From positions 6,188-70,187 of the forward strand of contig JAFNYX010000002.1 in assembly GCA_017654125.1 (NCBI GenBank): a DNA stretch of 64,000 nt, in the 5' to 3' direction. Position numbers and translations under genes: made by a program. Shown here one piece after another: positions 22,201 to 30,351 of the stretch; the stretch's first letter is position 1, and the number at the start of each line of letters is the position of its first letter. The notes below the pieces were generated by a model that was not told the DNA's origin, did no database searches, and saw nothing but the letters and a program-made list of their open reading frames with translations. The DNA is from Alistipes sp. Lineage in GTDB: Bacteria; Bacteroidota; Bacteroidia; Bacteroidales; Rikenellaceae.

Positions 22201-22969
22201 ACTCCTTACGCATCATACCGAACTCCTCCAATGCACGCTCAAACTCCTCGCGCATAAACGAATCGTCAATGGACACCTTCGTAATCTCGGTCGTAAAGGT
22301 TGTATGACGGCAGTGGTCGCTCCAATATGTATCGAGGATACGCAACTCGGTCTGTGTCGGATTGCGATGTTCGGCACGGAAGTAATTGACAACCTCGCGA
22401 AGGTCATCGGCATTCATCGCAAGCGAATTGGCGCGACAATACTCCGCCAAATCATCCTCCTGCATATCAACAAAGCCCTCCAATACCGGCACGGGACGAA
22501 CCTCCGCCTGCTCGCTATCAGCCAAACGCGACAAATCCTTCTCGCGCGACTCAACGGCATTGATATAGTAGCGTTTTATGGCTGCCATTTGCTCATCCGA
22601 CACGCCATTATCGAAAATCAGCAAGCGCGACGAACGAATACGCACGTCGGCCGTCGGCTCCAACAGATGCACACAATCGACTGCCGACGAAGCACGCTGA
22701 TCGAATTGGCCCGGCAGATACTCCACCGCCAAATACTTCACACCCTCCAACGAGCACTCATCCGTCACGCGGTCGGTAACCGTCTCTCCAAAGACAGCAT
22801 AGCGACAACGCTCGATTAATTCCTCCGTAAAACCAAACAGGTCGTACACATTCAGCACACGTAACGAACGGATATCGAGCGAGAGGTTTTCGTTCAACTC
22901 CCTGCGCAGACTCTCCGCCTCAACCTGAAACTCGGCATATTTTTCAACGTAAATACGATAACTCTTCAT
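19262..22969 (-). CDS. purL: Phosphoribosylformylglycinamidine synthase, large single-chain form
   Basis: Start MKSYRIYVEK at 22969; TYWSDHCRH, KNETHNHPT, DFGAGG, SESQER and GGKDSMS; glutaminase motifs GICNGFQ and GHTER. Confidence 0.97.
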   Translation of the reverse strand: MKSYRIYVEKYAEFQVEAESLRRELNENLSLDIRSLRVLNVYDLFGFTEELIERCRYAVFGETVTDRVTDECSLEGVKYLAVEYLPGQFDQRASSAVDCVHLLEPTADVRIRSSRLLIFDNGVSDEQMAAIKRYYINAVESREKDLSRLADSEQAEVRPVPVLEGFVDMQEDDLAEYCRANSLAMNADDLREVVNYFRAEHRNPTQTELRILDTYWSDHCRHTTFTTEITKVSIDDSFMREEFERALEEFGMMRKELGREHKSLCLMEIATIGARYLRHKGLLDDMEQSEENNACSIFVDVDVEGQSEKWLLQFKNETHNHPTEIEPFGGASTCLGGAIRDPLSGRAYVYQAMRVTGAGDIYKGISETLAGKLPQRVISRKAAAGYSSYGNQIGLATTHVREIYHENYVAKRLEVGAVVGAVKAENVRRESPAPGDVVLLMGGRTGRDGIGGATGSSKQHTAASLEECGSEVQKGNAPEERKIQHLFRRADVTRLIKKSNDFGAGGVSVAIGELTDGLDIYLDRVPVKYSGLNSTELAISESQERMAVVVERGDMERMMELCAEENVEVTHVADVTDTSRMRMFFHGEKIVDLRRDFIDSAGAKHYTEICLGAVEQKNPFARPVEGSTLAEKMERTLSDWNVVSQKGLIEMFDSTIGASTVLMPFGGRTQRTETQVSMQTLPVRHGKTSTASVMAFGFNPYISAWSPYHGAQYAVVEACAKVVAAGGAYGKMRFSYQEYFERMGDARSWGKPMSALLGALRMQSALGLPSIGGKDSMSGTFNDIKVPPTLIAFGITTLDSRKAISPEFKQTGKYLYLVKHTPNADWTPNTDALKANFNAVTAEIERGNVVAGYAIGFGGVAEAVAKMSFGNEIGATLTCDESTLFDYSYGSILVQSIEPLTFENALLVGYTTEEKCIEVLGEKFSLEALYEANTAKFEKVYPSRGLAGGVTIAGDCNRKSAKYEGEPVEEVKVCLPVFPGTNCDYDTARAFERAGASTDIFVFRNLTGEAIMDSIETLCRKIDESHILVLSGGFSLGDEPDGSGKFIASVLNNAAVTRSVHALLDRGGLMLGICNGFQALVKSGLLPYGRLGMVTKESPTLFHNDIHRHISQIVTTRVGTTASPWLSSFEVGDLHSIAVSHGEGKFVVSEQFARELFENGQVAFQYADAAGAPTTDAPFNPNGSSYGIEGIISRDGHILGKMGHTERYTEGLFKNIAGEKQQNIFENAVRYFQGK

Positions 22970-22994
22970 CTCTTTTCGTAAAGTTTTTCTTGTT

Positions 22995-23462
22995 CTACAA
23001 CTCCGAAGCGAGCACCGTCTCCGTTTGGCGCTTGCGGAACTCAATCAAACGCTCTTCTAACGCCTTATCGGTGAGCGCAAAAATCGACGCTGCGATCAGC
23101 GCCGCGTTCTTCGCACCATTGATTGCAGTAGTCGAAACCGGAACACCGCCCGGCATCTGAACAATCGAGAGCAAAGAATCCAGACCACCGAGAGCCGACG
23201 TCTTAATCGGCACACCAATAACCGGCACTGTCGTCAAAGCGGCCGTAACACCGGCAACGTGGGCTGCACCTCCCGCTCCGGCAATGATAGCACCAATACC
23301 GCGTTCGCGAGCGGTCGTAGCATACTCGAACATCAAATGCGGAGTACGATGTGCACTAATGACGCGCTTCTCGTATTCGATACCCAACTCTTCAAGTGTC
23401 TCGACAGCTGCCGACATAACACCCCAATCGCTCGTCGAGCCCATAATAACTGCAACTTTCAT
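22995..23462 (-). CDS. purE: AIR carboxylase / N5-CAIR mutase
   Basis: IMGS.SD, SAHRTP, AGGAAH, PVIGVP and QMPGGVPV motifs. Confidence 0.97.
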   Translation of the reverse strand: MKVAVIMGSTSDWGVMSAAVETLEELGIEYEKRVISAHRTPHLMFEYATTARERGIGAIIAGAGGAAHVAGVTAALTTVPVIGVPIKTSALGGLDSLLSIVQMPGGVPVSTTAINGAKNAALIAASIFALTDKALEERLIEFRKRQTETVLASEL

Positions 23463-23499
23463 AATCTTCGTTGTTTTTATTTCGTTTTACAATTTCCCT

Positions 23500-23540
23500 A
23501 AAAAACAAGAGCCACCGCAACATACAGTTGCAGTGGTCTC
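23500..23540 (-). terminator. Intrinsic terminator (attenuator) in the pur operon leader
   Basis: Minus strand GAGACCACTGCAAC-TGTAT-GTTGCGGTGGCTC-TTGTTTTTT, about 40 nt upstream of the purE start. Confidence 0.8.
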
Positions 23541-23701
23541 TATATCACAGCGCACACTCCTCTACCCTGCTCGGCCGCACACTTTCGGCTGCGAGATGAT
23601 TGCTGACGCATTTTTCGACGATGTACACACCCCGATTCCGCTATTCGAGAGCCAACTCCCGAACCTTCCAAAACCGACACGTACAACATCAACCTTTCCA
23701 T
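23540..23701 (-). CDS. Putative leader peptide of the pur operon (53 aa)
   Basis: MERLMLYVSVLEGSGVGSRIAESGCVHRRKMRQQSSRSRKCAAEQGRGVCAVI*. The ATG is 4 nt after the -7 promoter element and the TAG overlaps the first base of the terminator stem. Confidence 0.55.
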   Translation of the reverse strand: MERLMLYVSVLEGSGVGSRIAESGCVHRRKMRQQSSRSRKCAAEQGRGVCAVI

Positions 23702-23705
23702 AGCG

Positions 23706-23737
23706 CAAAAATACGCAAACGCGCGCAAAAGAGCAAA
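23706..23737 (-). promoter_or_regulatory. pur operon promoter
   Basis: Minus strand TTTG (23737-23734), a 20-nt spacer, then TATTTTTG (23713-23706). Confidence 0.75.
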
Positions 23738-23850
23738 AAAACGACCATCTTTTTTATCAACACTTTTTCATCAATCGACCTTTTTTTTCGATACCTCAAA
23801 AAAGAGCGGAATTTTATTGAAAAAAGTTGCGCAAATCAAAAAATATTGCA

Positions 23851-23858
23851 TACCTTTG
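23851..23858 (+). promoter_or_regulatory. guaBA promoter -7 element
   Basis: TACCTTTG, with TTG about 21 nt upstream. Confidence 0.7.
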
Positions 23859-23887
23859 CACAATTAAATTCAACGGCCGACAAAATA

Positions 23888-24016
23888 ATGACGAATATTT
23901 CCGCCATAGTCCGTAACCTCTTCGCAGGTTTACAAAGACGACACTGCCACGCGATGCGATGTGTCGAGTCCTCGACGGCGGGCGTATGTCGAAACCGTAG
24001 AAAAATAGTGCGATAA
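23888..24016 (+). CDS. Putative leader peptide of guaBA (42 aa)
   Basis: MTNISAIVRNLFAGLQRRHCHAMRCVESSTAGVCRNRRKIVR*. A-rich start context (AAAATAATG); the stop is 3 nt before the terminator stem. Confidence 0.55.
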   Translation: MTNISAIVRNLFAGLQRRHCHAMRCVESSTAGVCRNRRKIVR

Positions 24017-24019
24017 AAT

Positions 24020-24062
24020 GAAAGGAGTGAGGTGCGTGTGCGCCTCGCTCCTTTCGGTTTTT
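24020..24062 (+). terminator. Intrinsic terminator (attenuator) in the guaB leader
   Basis: GAAAGGAGTGAGGTGC-GTGT-GCGCCTCGCTCCTTTC-GGTTTTT, a 16-bp stem including G-U pairs, about 40 nt before guaB. Confidence 0.8.
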
Positions 24063-24100
24063 AGACAAGCTAAATGTTTAACAAAAAAATAGTGTAAAAT

Positions 24101-25579
24101 ATGTCGTTCTTAACAGAGAGAGTTCAGCAAGAGGGTTTGACCTTCGATGACGTGTTGCTCGTTCCTGCCTATTCGGAGGTACTGCCACGCGAAGTGAGCG
24201 TAAAGAGTCGTTTTTCGCGCAATATTACGCTCAACATCCCTATCGTTTCCGCCGCTATGGATACCGTAACCGAGGCACCGATGGCTATCGCCATTGCACG
24301 CGAAGGCGGTATCGGCGTGATTCACAAAAATATGTCGATTGCCGAGCAAGCAGCACAAGTGCGTCGCGTAAAGCGTGCCGAGAACGGCATGATTTACGAC
24401 CCGGTAACCATCACCAAGGAGCAGACCGTAGGCGACGCATTGGCACTCATGCGCGAGAATAAAATCGGTGGTATTCCGGTTGTGGACGCAGACCGTATGT
24501 TGGTCGGCATCGTTACCAATCGCGACCTCCGCTTTCAGAAAGATAATTCGCGTCTGATTGCCGAAGTGATGACATCGGAGAATCTCGTGACAATTACCGA
24601 AGCAGAGCGCGACAGCGAGGATGTTACAGAGGTATTGCTTCGCAACAAAATCGAGAAGTTGCCGGTTGTGGACAAACAGGGTCGCCTCGCAGGTCTCATT
24701 ACCTACAAGGATATCACCAAAGTACAGGACCATCCGAACGCATGCAAAGACAGCAAGGGTCGTCTGCGCGTAGCCGCAGGTGTTGGTGTTACGGGCGACT
24801 CGATGGAGAGAGTCGATGCATTGGTAGCGGAGAGTGTCGATGCCGTAGTTCTCGACTCGGCACACGGCCACTCGAAGAACATCGTATCGTTGCTGAAAGC
24901 CATCAAGGAGAAGTATCCGACACTCGACGTTGTTGTGGGTAATATCGCGACTGCCGAAGCAGCCAAGTATCTTGCAGAGAACGGCGCCGACGGCATTAAG
25001 GTAGGTATTGGTCCAGGTTCGATTTGTACGACACGAATCATTGCCGGTGTAGGTGTTCCACAGCTGACCGCCATCTTCGATGTAGCGAATGCAGTGAAGG
25101 GGTCGGGTGTAGCGGTAATTGCCGACGGCGGTTTGCGCTACTCGGGCGACATCGTCAAGGCCCTCGCAGCCGGTGGTGATTGCGTGATGTGTGGCTCGAT
25201 GTTTGCGGGCACGGAAGAGGCTCCGGGCGAGACCATAATCTACAATGGTCGTAAGTTCAAGACATATCGTGGCATGGGTTCGATTGATGCCATGAAGGCC
25301 GGCTCGAAGGACCGCTACTTCCAAGACAACGAGTCGAACATCAACAAGCTCGTTCCGGAAGGTATCGTAGGTCGCGTTCCGTTCAAGGGTGCGCTCAACG
25401 AGACGGTATATCAACTTGTGGGCGGTATTCGCTCGGGCATGGGTTACTGCGGCGCTCGCTCAATTAGCGAATTACAGACGGCTCGTTTTGTTCGCATCAC
25501 GGCGAGTGGCGTTGTAGAAAACCACCCACACGACATCACAATCACTCGCGAGACTCCGAACTACTCACGTGGTGAATAA
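24101..25579 (+). CDS. guaB: IMP dehydrogenase
   Basis: [19 protein letters not shown], a CBS pair, [21 protein letters not shown] and VPEG motifs. Confidence 0.99.
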   Translation: MSFLTERVQQEGLTFDDVLLVPAYSEVLPREVSVKSRFSRNITLNIPIVSAAMDTVTEAPMAIAIAREGGIGVIHKNMSIAEQAAQVRRVKRAENGMIYDPVTITKEQTVGDALALMRENKIGGIPVVDADRMLVGIVTNRDLRFQKDNSRLIAEVMTSENLVTITEAERDSEDVTEVLLRNKIEKLPVVDKQGRLAGLITYKDITKVQDHPNACKDSKGRLRVAAGVGVTGDSMERVDALVAESVDAVVLDSAHGHSKNIVSLLKAIKEKYPTLDVVVGNIATAEAAKYLAENGADGIKVGIGPGSICTTRIIAGVGVPQLTAIFDVANAVKGSGVAVIADGGLRYSGDIVKALAAGGDCVMCGSMFAGTEEAPGETIIYNGRKFKTYRGMGSIDAMKAGSKDRYFQDNESNINKLVPEGIVGRVPFKGALNETVYQLVGGIRSGMGYCGARSISELQTARFVRITASGVVENHPHDITITRETPNYSRGE

Positions 25580-25629
25580 AAACAATAAAAACAAATTAAC
25601 TGTTAAAATTCAGACAATAGCATAGTTTT

Positions 25630-26937
25630 ATGAAACAGGATATGATTGTTATCTTGGACTTGGGCAGCCACGAAAACACAGTGCTTGCCCGTGCCATCCG
25701 CGACCTCGGCGTATATAGCGAAATCTACCCGCATGACATCACCGCTGGCGAGTTACAGGCAATGGACAACGTGAAGGGTATCATCATCAACGGTGGCCCG
25801 AACAACGTAATCGACGGTGAGGAGATTGATGTTCGCAAGGAGCTCTACACGCTCGGCATTCCGGTTATGGCAGCAGGCCACGACAAGGCGTTGTGCGAGG
25901 TAAAATTGGCACAATTCACAGACGATATCGAGGCAATTAAGGCAGCCGTAAAATCATTCGTATTCGACACTTGCAAGGCCGAGCCGAATTGGAATATGAC
26001 CAACTTCGTAAACGACCAAATAGAGTTGGTACGTCGTCAGGTGGGGAACCGCAAGGTGTTGCTCGCGCTCTCGGGCGGCGTCGATTCGTCGGTTGTAGCT
26101 GCGTTGTTGCTGAAAGCCATTGGCGAAAACCTCGTATGCGTACACGTTAATCACGGCCTGATGCGTAAGGGCGAGTCGGAGGCCGTTGTAGAAGTATTCC
26201 GCAACCAACTATGCGCCAATCTCGTATATGTCGATGCTACGGAGCGATTCCTCACCAAATTGGAGGGTGTCGAGGATCCGGAGCAGAAGCGCAAGATTAT
26301 TGGTGGCGAGTTTATCCGCGTATTTGAAGAGGAGGCACGCAAGTTGGACGGCATCGACTTCCTCGGTCAAGGCACAATATATCCGGATATCGTAGAGAGC
26401 GGAACAAAGACGGCAAAGATGGTAAAGTCGCACCACAACGTTGGTGGTCTGCCTGATGATTTGCAGTTCGAGTTGGTTGAGCCATTGCGCCAACTCTTCA
26501 AGGACGAGGTTCGTGCTTGCGGTTTGGAACTCGGTCTGCCATACGAGATGGTATATCGTCAGCCATTCCCGGGTCCGGGTCTCGGCGTTCGCTGTCTGGG
26601 TGCAATCACACGCGACCGTTTGGAGGCTGTTCGTGAATCGGACGCCATTCTGCGTGAGGAGTTTGCAGCAGCAGGTCTAGACAAGACCGTATGGCAGTAT
26701 TTTACCGTAGTACCAGATTTCAAATCGGTAGGCGTACGCGACAATGCTCGCTCGTTCGATTGGCCGGTAATTATTCGCGCGGTCAATACCGTAGATGCAA
26801 TGACGGCTACAATCGAACCGCTTGATTGGGCGCTGTTGGAGCGTATCACTCGCAGAATTCTCTCCGAGGTGAAGGGCGTAAACCGCGTTTGCTACGATGT
26901 CTCGCCAAAACCAAATGCAACTATTGAGTGGGAGTAA
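25630..26937 (+). CDS. guaA: GMP synthase with a truncated, degenerate glutaminase domain
   Basis: ATPPase motifs SGGVDS, QGTIYPD, KSHHNVGGLP, PFPGPGL and KP.ATIEWE. The ~120-aa N-terminal domain has no GICYG or HPE motif. Confidence 0.93.
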   Translation: MKQDMIVILDLGSHENTVLARAIRDLGVYSEIYPHDITAGELQAMDNVKGIIINGGPNNVIDGEEIDVRKELYTLGIPVMAAGHDKALCEVKLAQFTDDIEAIKAAVKSFVFDTCKAEPNWNMTNFVNDQIELVRRQVGNRKVLLALSGGVDSSVVAALLLKAIGENLVCVHVNHGLMRKGESEAVVEVFRNQLCANLVYVDATERFLTKLEGVEDPEQKRKIIGGEFIRVFEEEARKLDGIDFLGQGTIYPDIVESGTKTAKMVKSHHNVGGLPDDLQFELVEPLRQLFKDEVRACGLELGLPYEMVYRQPFPGPGLGVRCLGAITRDRLEAVRESDAILREEFAAAGLDKTVWQYFTVVPDFKSVGVRDNARSFDWPVIIRAVNTVDAMTATIEPLDWALLERITRRILSEVKGVNRVCYDVSPKPNATIEWE

Positions 26938-26959
26938 TTTCACGATTTAATATTATCAC

Positions 26960-26995
26960 AAAAAACCGAATGATGCAATGCTTCATTCGGTTTTT
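26960..26995 (+). terminator. guaBA terminator
   Basis: AAAAACCGAATGA-loop-TCATTCGGTTTTT. Confidence 0.85.
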
Positions 26996-27051
26996 GCTTT
27001 CTGCGTCACAAATATTTGGCAAAATAAAAAAAAGATACTACTTTTGCACCT

Positions 27052-27136
27052 GGAAAGATGGCAGAGTGGTCGATTGCGGCGGTCTTGAAAACCGTTGAAC
27101 TGAGAGGTTCCGGGGGTTCGAATCCCTCTCTTTCCG
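27052..27136 (+). tRNA. tRNA-Ser (anticodon TGA)
   Basis: Acceptor stem GGAAAGA/TCTTTCC with discriminator G; D-arm TGGCAGAGTGGT; anticodon arm GCGGT-CTTGAAA-ACCGT; long variable arm GAAC-TGAGAG-GTTC; GGTTCGAATCC. Promoter TACTTTTG at 27039-27046; CCA is not encoded. Confidence 0.97.
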
Positions 27137-27139
27137 CTC

Positions 27140-27176
27140 AAAAATAAGCGATGATTTTTTCATCGCTTATTTTTTT
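27140..27176 (+). terminator. tRNA-Ser terminator
   Basis: AAAAATAAGCGATGA-TTTT-TCATCGCTTATTTTTTT. Confidence 0.85.
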
Positions 27177-27523
27177 GCTCCAAGAGAAGGATTCGGTCAG
27201 TCGGGGGCGTTTCGGGAGACTTGTCTGCATGATGTATGATAGACATTGTTGCTTCGCAACGACGACAACAAATCAAATCTCATCAGCACAAATAAATTTG
27301 TCTGCTGTTATTTGATTTATTCTCTAAACCTTCCGGTTTAATGTCTATCTTCCCTCACTCCGGTCTCCTCGCAACTGCGGCGACCGTTCGAATCGTTGGG
27401 GAAAATGCGTTTTTATTTGTGGTAGAGAGGGGGAAGACTATCAATCCAACCAACATCTGCATCCATGTGCCTTGCTTATTTTTTGCTCCAAGAGAAGGAT
27501 TCGGTCTGTCGGGGGCGTTTCGG
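27165..27523. repeat. ~50-bp direct repeat pair (27165-27215 and 27474-27523)
   Basis: GCTTATTTTTT(T)GCTCCAAGAGAAGGATTCGGTC(A/T)GTCGGGGGCGTTTCGG, with one indel and one mismatch between copies. Confidence 0.9.
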
Positions 27524-27721
27524 ACGAATCTCAGGCAAAAATCATTAAATAAAATATATGTTGGAGGTGATTCGAATAGACTCGAAGAGTATCGACAAAA
27601 CAGACGATCAATCATGAGCAACTACTCATTTTAGTAAGCTTTGCGCACAAAAAACGAACAACGTATCGAAAAAAAACATAAATTTGTAAAAACTTGTGCA
27701 ACCAGACATCCTTTCAGATAT

Positions 27722-29023
27722 ATGAAAAGCATAAATTACGAAAAACATTTGGAGATACGCGCAGAGTACGACGTCATCGTGGCGGGAGCCGGTCCTGCGG
27801 GTATTTGTGCAGCAGTGGCAGCAGCACGCGAAGGTGCGCGCGTAGCACTTATCGAGCGTTATGGAATTGTGGGTGGCAACCTCACGACAGGATACGTCGG
27901 TCCGATTCTCGGAATGGTTTCGCGTGGCACGATGCGCGACGAGATTGTAGAGTTGCTCGGAGTTCCGGAGAACGATATGATTGGAGAGACAGGGCGTGCT
28001 CACGACTTCGAGAAGGCGAAGTTCGCATTGGCGGAGTTTGTCTGCCATCCAAACATCGATGTATATTTGCAATGTGCTGTGTGTGACGTAATCAAGGAGG
28101 GTGACTCCGTAGCAGGCGTTATCGTGGCAGGTGGCGAAGGTACGTTCGCTCTCGCTGCGAAGGTGACAATCGACACGACGGGCGACGGTCTGGTCTCATA
28201 TCTCGCAGGAGCGCCGACCGAGAAGGGTCGCGACGATGGTTTGATGCAACCCGTTACGTTGGAGTTCACGATTGACGACGTGGACGAGAGTCGCGGTGTA
28301 ATATGCATCGGGGATGTGGATGACGTGCGTTTAGGCGACGAGCGTTTTCTCGACTACTGCAAACGTTGCGCCGACGAGGGCAAGTTACCTCAACACCTCG
28401 CAGCCGTACGTCTGCACCCAACAACTCGCGCAGGCCAGCGTCAAGTAAACACCACACAAGCGAACGGAGTCGATATGACAAAGCCGGAACAGATATTCCC
28501 AGCCGAGCACGAGTTACGCCGACAAATACATCTGTTGGTCGATTTTCTGCGCGAAAACGTACCAGGATACGAGAAGTGTCGCTGCACGTCGAGTGGCACA
28601 ACAACCGGAGTTCGCGAGACGCGTCGCGTAATGGGCGACTATGTTATTACGGCCAAGGAGTTGGCCACAGGTTGCCGTTTCGAGGATGTGGTGGTACATC
28701 GTGCCGAATTTATCGTCGATATCCACAACCCTGCCGGCGCAGGTCAGGCTGAGGAGCATATACAATATTGCGACCCGTACGATTTGCCATATCGTTGCTT
28801 TACTCCACGGGGTGTAGAGAATCTCTACGTCGCAGGTCGTTGCATATCGGGAACACATCGCGCACACGCATCATATCGCGTAATGTCGATATGTATGGCG
28901 ATGGGCGAAGCTGTCGGTATTGCGGCTGCAATGTGTGCCGAGCGCGGTTGTACACCACGCCAATTAAGCGTGGGAGATTTGCAACAGAGAATGGTAGCAA
29001 AGGGTATCGAATTGTTTGACTAA
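27722..29023 (+). CDS. FAD-dependent oxidoreductase (FAD_oxidored-like family)
   Basis: DVIVAGAGPAG..AA..AAR.GA.V.LIE, IDTTGDG, GVRETRR and NLYVAGRCIS..H.A.AS.RVM..CMAMGEA.G motifs. Likely start is ATG 27722. Confidence 0.88.
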   Translation: MKSINYEKHLEIRAEYDVIVAGAGPAGICAAVAAAREGARVALIERYGIVGGNLTTGYVGPILGMVSRGTMRDEIVELLGVPENDMIGETGRAHDFEKAKFALAEFVCHPNIDVYLQCAVCDVIKEGDSVAGVIVAGGEGTFALAAKVTIDTTGDGLVSYLAGAPTEKGRDDGLMQPVTLEFTIDDVDESRGVICIGDVDDVRLGDERFLDYCKRCADEGKLPQHLAAVRLHPTTRAGQRQVNTTQANGVDMTKPEQIFPAEHELRRQIHLLVDFLRENVPGYEKCRCTSSGTTTGVRETRRVMGDYVITAKELATGCRFEDVVVHRAEFIVDIHNPAGAGQAEEHIQYCDPYDLPYRCFTPRGVENLYVAGRCISGTHRAHASYRVMSICMAMGEAVGIAAAMCAERGCTPRQLSVGDLQQRMVAKGIELFD

Positions 29024-29046
29024 ACCATAAAAACACGATACACGTT

Positions 29047-29994
29047 ATGGCAATGGAAGATATTTTGTTGCAGGGCAAATATCGCCCGCTACGCAACATT
29101 TTGAGTTACGACATATTCGACCGAGGGTTTAACGGATGGATGGTCTTGCTGCCGAACTTCACCGAGGGACCCGACTTCGACGTTCCACCGACAAAGGTCA
29201 ATAAGGACCAATGGCCTCCGGTGATGCTATCGACCGCGACGTACCGATTTCCGGGAACACACGGCTCAATGTCGGGAACGTATAGTTTGAAGCTCTCGAC
29301 ACGCCCCGTAGCCAACCCATACTCGATGCCACCGGCACCCGGCTCGATGGGACACGCCATCAAGCGACTATCGTTCTTCGACCCCTCGGCACAATATCTA
29401 CAACTCGAATGTTGGTTTGCATATACGGCCGAGCAAGATACGGTGGATGGCGATGGACCACAACCGGGCCTGCACGAAAACTCGATACGCGCCTTCGGCA
29501 TCGGCTCCGACACGCAGGACGATGGAAATCGTTTCTTTTGGGGCATACGCTACCTCAACTCCGTCGATGGCAAGCCAATGCGTAAGTGGCAATACATCAG
29601 TGCCACGCCTGGCACAGACAAGGATTGGGCATTCGGGCAAGATGGCGATTGGTGCAAATGGGGTGTCGATTGTTGGTGGTTTGGCGAGCGTCGTCCGGAT
29701 GGCTATCACGCCGGATACAAAGATGTGCCGGGCGGTTCGCAGAATCTGATTTACAACGAAACGGACTGCAAGATAAATTGGCAATATCTGCGTCTAAAAA
29801 TAGATTTTAAGAATCACGAGTACGTTGAAATGCAGTGTCAAAACAAGGTTTTTGACCTACGTGGCACACCAATTACAACAGTCGATAAGTACCGCCGCAT
29901 CGACGGACTCATCAATCCTGTTATCTGGTTAGAGACCGACACCAACCGTCGCGTATTCCTATATATTGACTCATTTGTCGTATCACAAGAGTAG
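29047..29994 (+). CDS. Conserved hypothetical protein, Trp/Gly-rich, probably a beta-sandwich
   Basis: 315-aa ORF in an operon with its neighbours; no signal peptide and no catalytic motif recognised. Confidence 0.75.
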   Translation: MAMEDILLQGKYRPLRNILSYDIFDRGFNGWMVLLPNFTEGPDFDVPPTKVNKDQWPPVMLSTATYRFPGTHGSMSGTYSLKLSTRPVANPYSMPPAPGSMGHAIKRLSFFDPSAQYLQLECWFAYTAEQDTVDGDGPQPGLHENSIRAFGIGSDTQDDGNRFFWGIRYLNSVDGKPMRKWQYISATPGTDKDWAFGQDGDWCKWGVDCWWFGERRPDGYHAGYKDVPGGSQNLIYNETDCKINWQYLRLKIDFKNHEYVEMQCQNKVFDLRGTPITTVDKYRRIDGLINPVIWLETDTNRRVFLYIDSFVVSQE

Positions 29995-29995
29995 T

Positions 29996-30325
29996 ATGAA
30001 ACAGTTTAATGCAGCACATTTGGAGATAAAACGCCGCTTCTCAGAGAGTTTTGAAACCCACCCCTACGAGTGTGGATGGGCAGACGAAGCGATATTCTAC
30101 ATCCTCGTTCTCGGCATCGAGGGCAAAGAGGCACAACTGCGTGCGCGAGTACAAATATCACTCGACGGCGTACATTGGACAGACGAAGGAACCAAATTCG
30201 AACCAATCGGACAACCGGGACTTTATTTCGTCAAAGTAAGCCATTTCGGCAACTACCTGCGTTTGGCAACCGAGATTGAGGGTGGCGAATTTGATATGCA
30301 GGTACAGATTGCCTGCAAGGGGTAA
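29996..30325 (+). CDS. Small hypothetical beta-sandwich protein (109 aa)
   Basis: ATG 1 nt after the upstream stop; contains VQISLDG..W.D and FGNYLRL. Confidence 0.7.
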   Translation: MKQFNAAHLEIKRRFSESFETHPYECGWADEAIFYILVLGIEGKEAQLRARVQISLDGVHWTDEGTKFEPIGQPGLYFVKVSHFGNYLRLATEIEGGEFDMQVQIACKG

Positions 30326-30351
30326 AATAGACCGACAAAGGTGTGGAATGA

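Noticed and set aside
23463-24100. Purine, PRPP/ppGpp (ykkC) or ZTP (pfl) riboswitch in the pur/gua intergenic region
   Set aside because: The hallmark sequences (e.g. UUUCUACC; CGACCGAGCGGUAC; GACUG...GUGG...CCAC...CUGGGCA) were not seen on either strand by eye. A cmscan would be decisive.
27165-27523. CRISPR array or complete prophage/ICE at tRNA-Ser
   Set aside because: There are only two repeats, about 260 bp apart, with no cas, integrase or phage genes, and no direct duplication of the tRNA 3' end was noticed in the window.
27341-27634. Short ORFs of 97 and 88 aa within the tRNA-linked repeat region
   Set aside because: They overlap the repeats and palindromes and have no protein-like features or translation signals.
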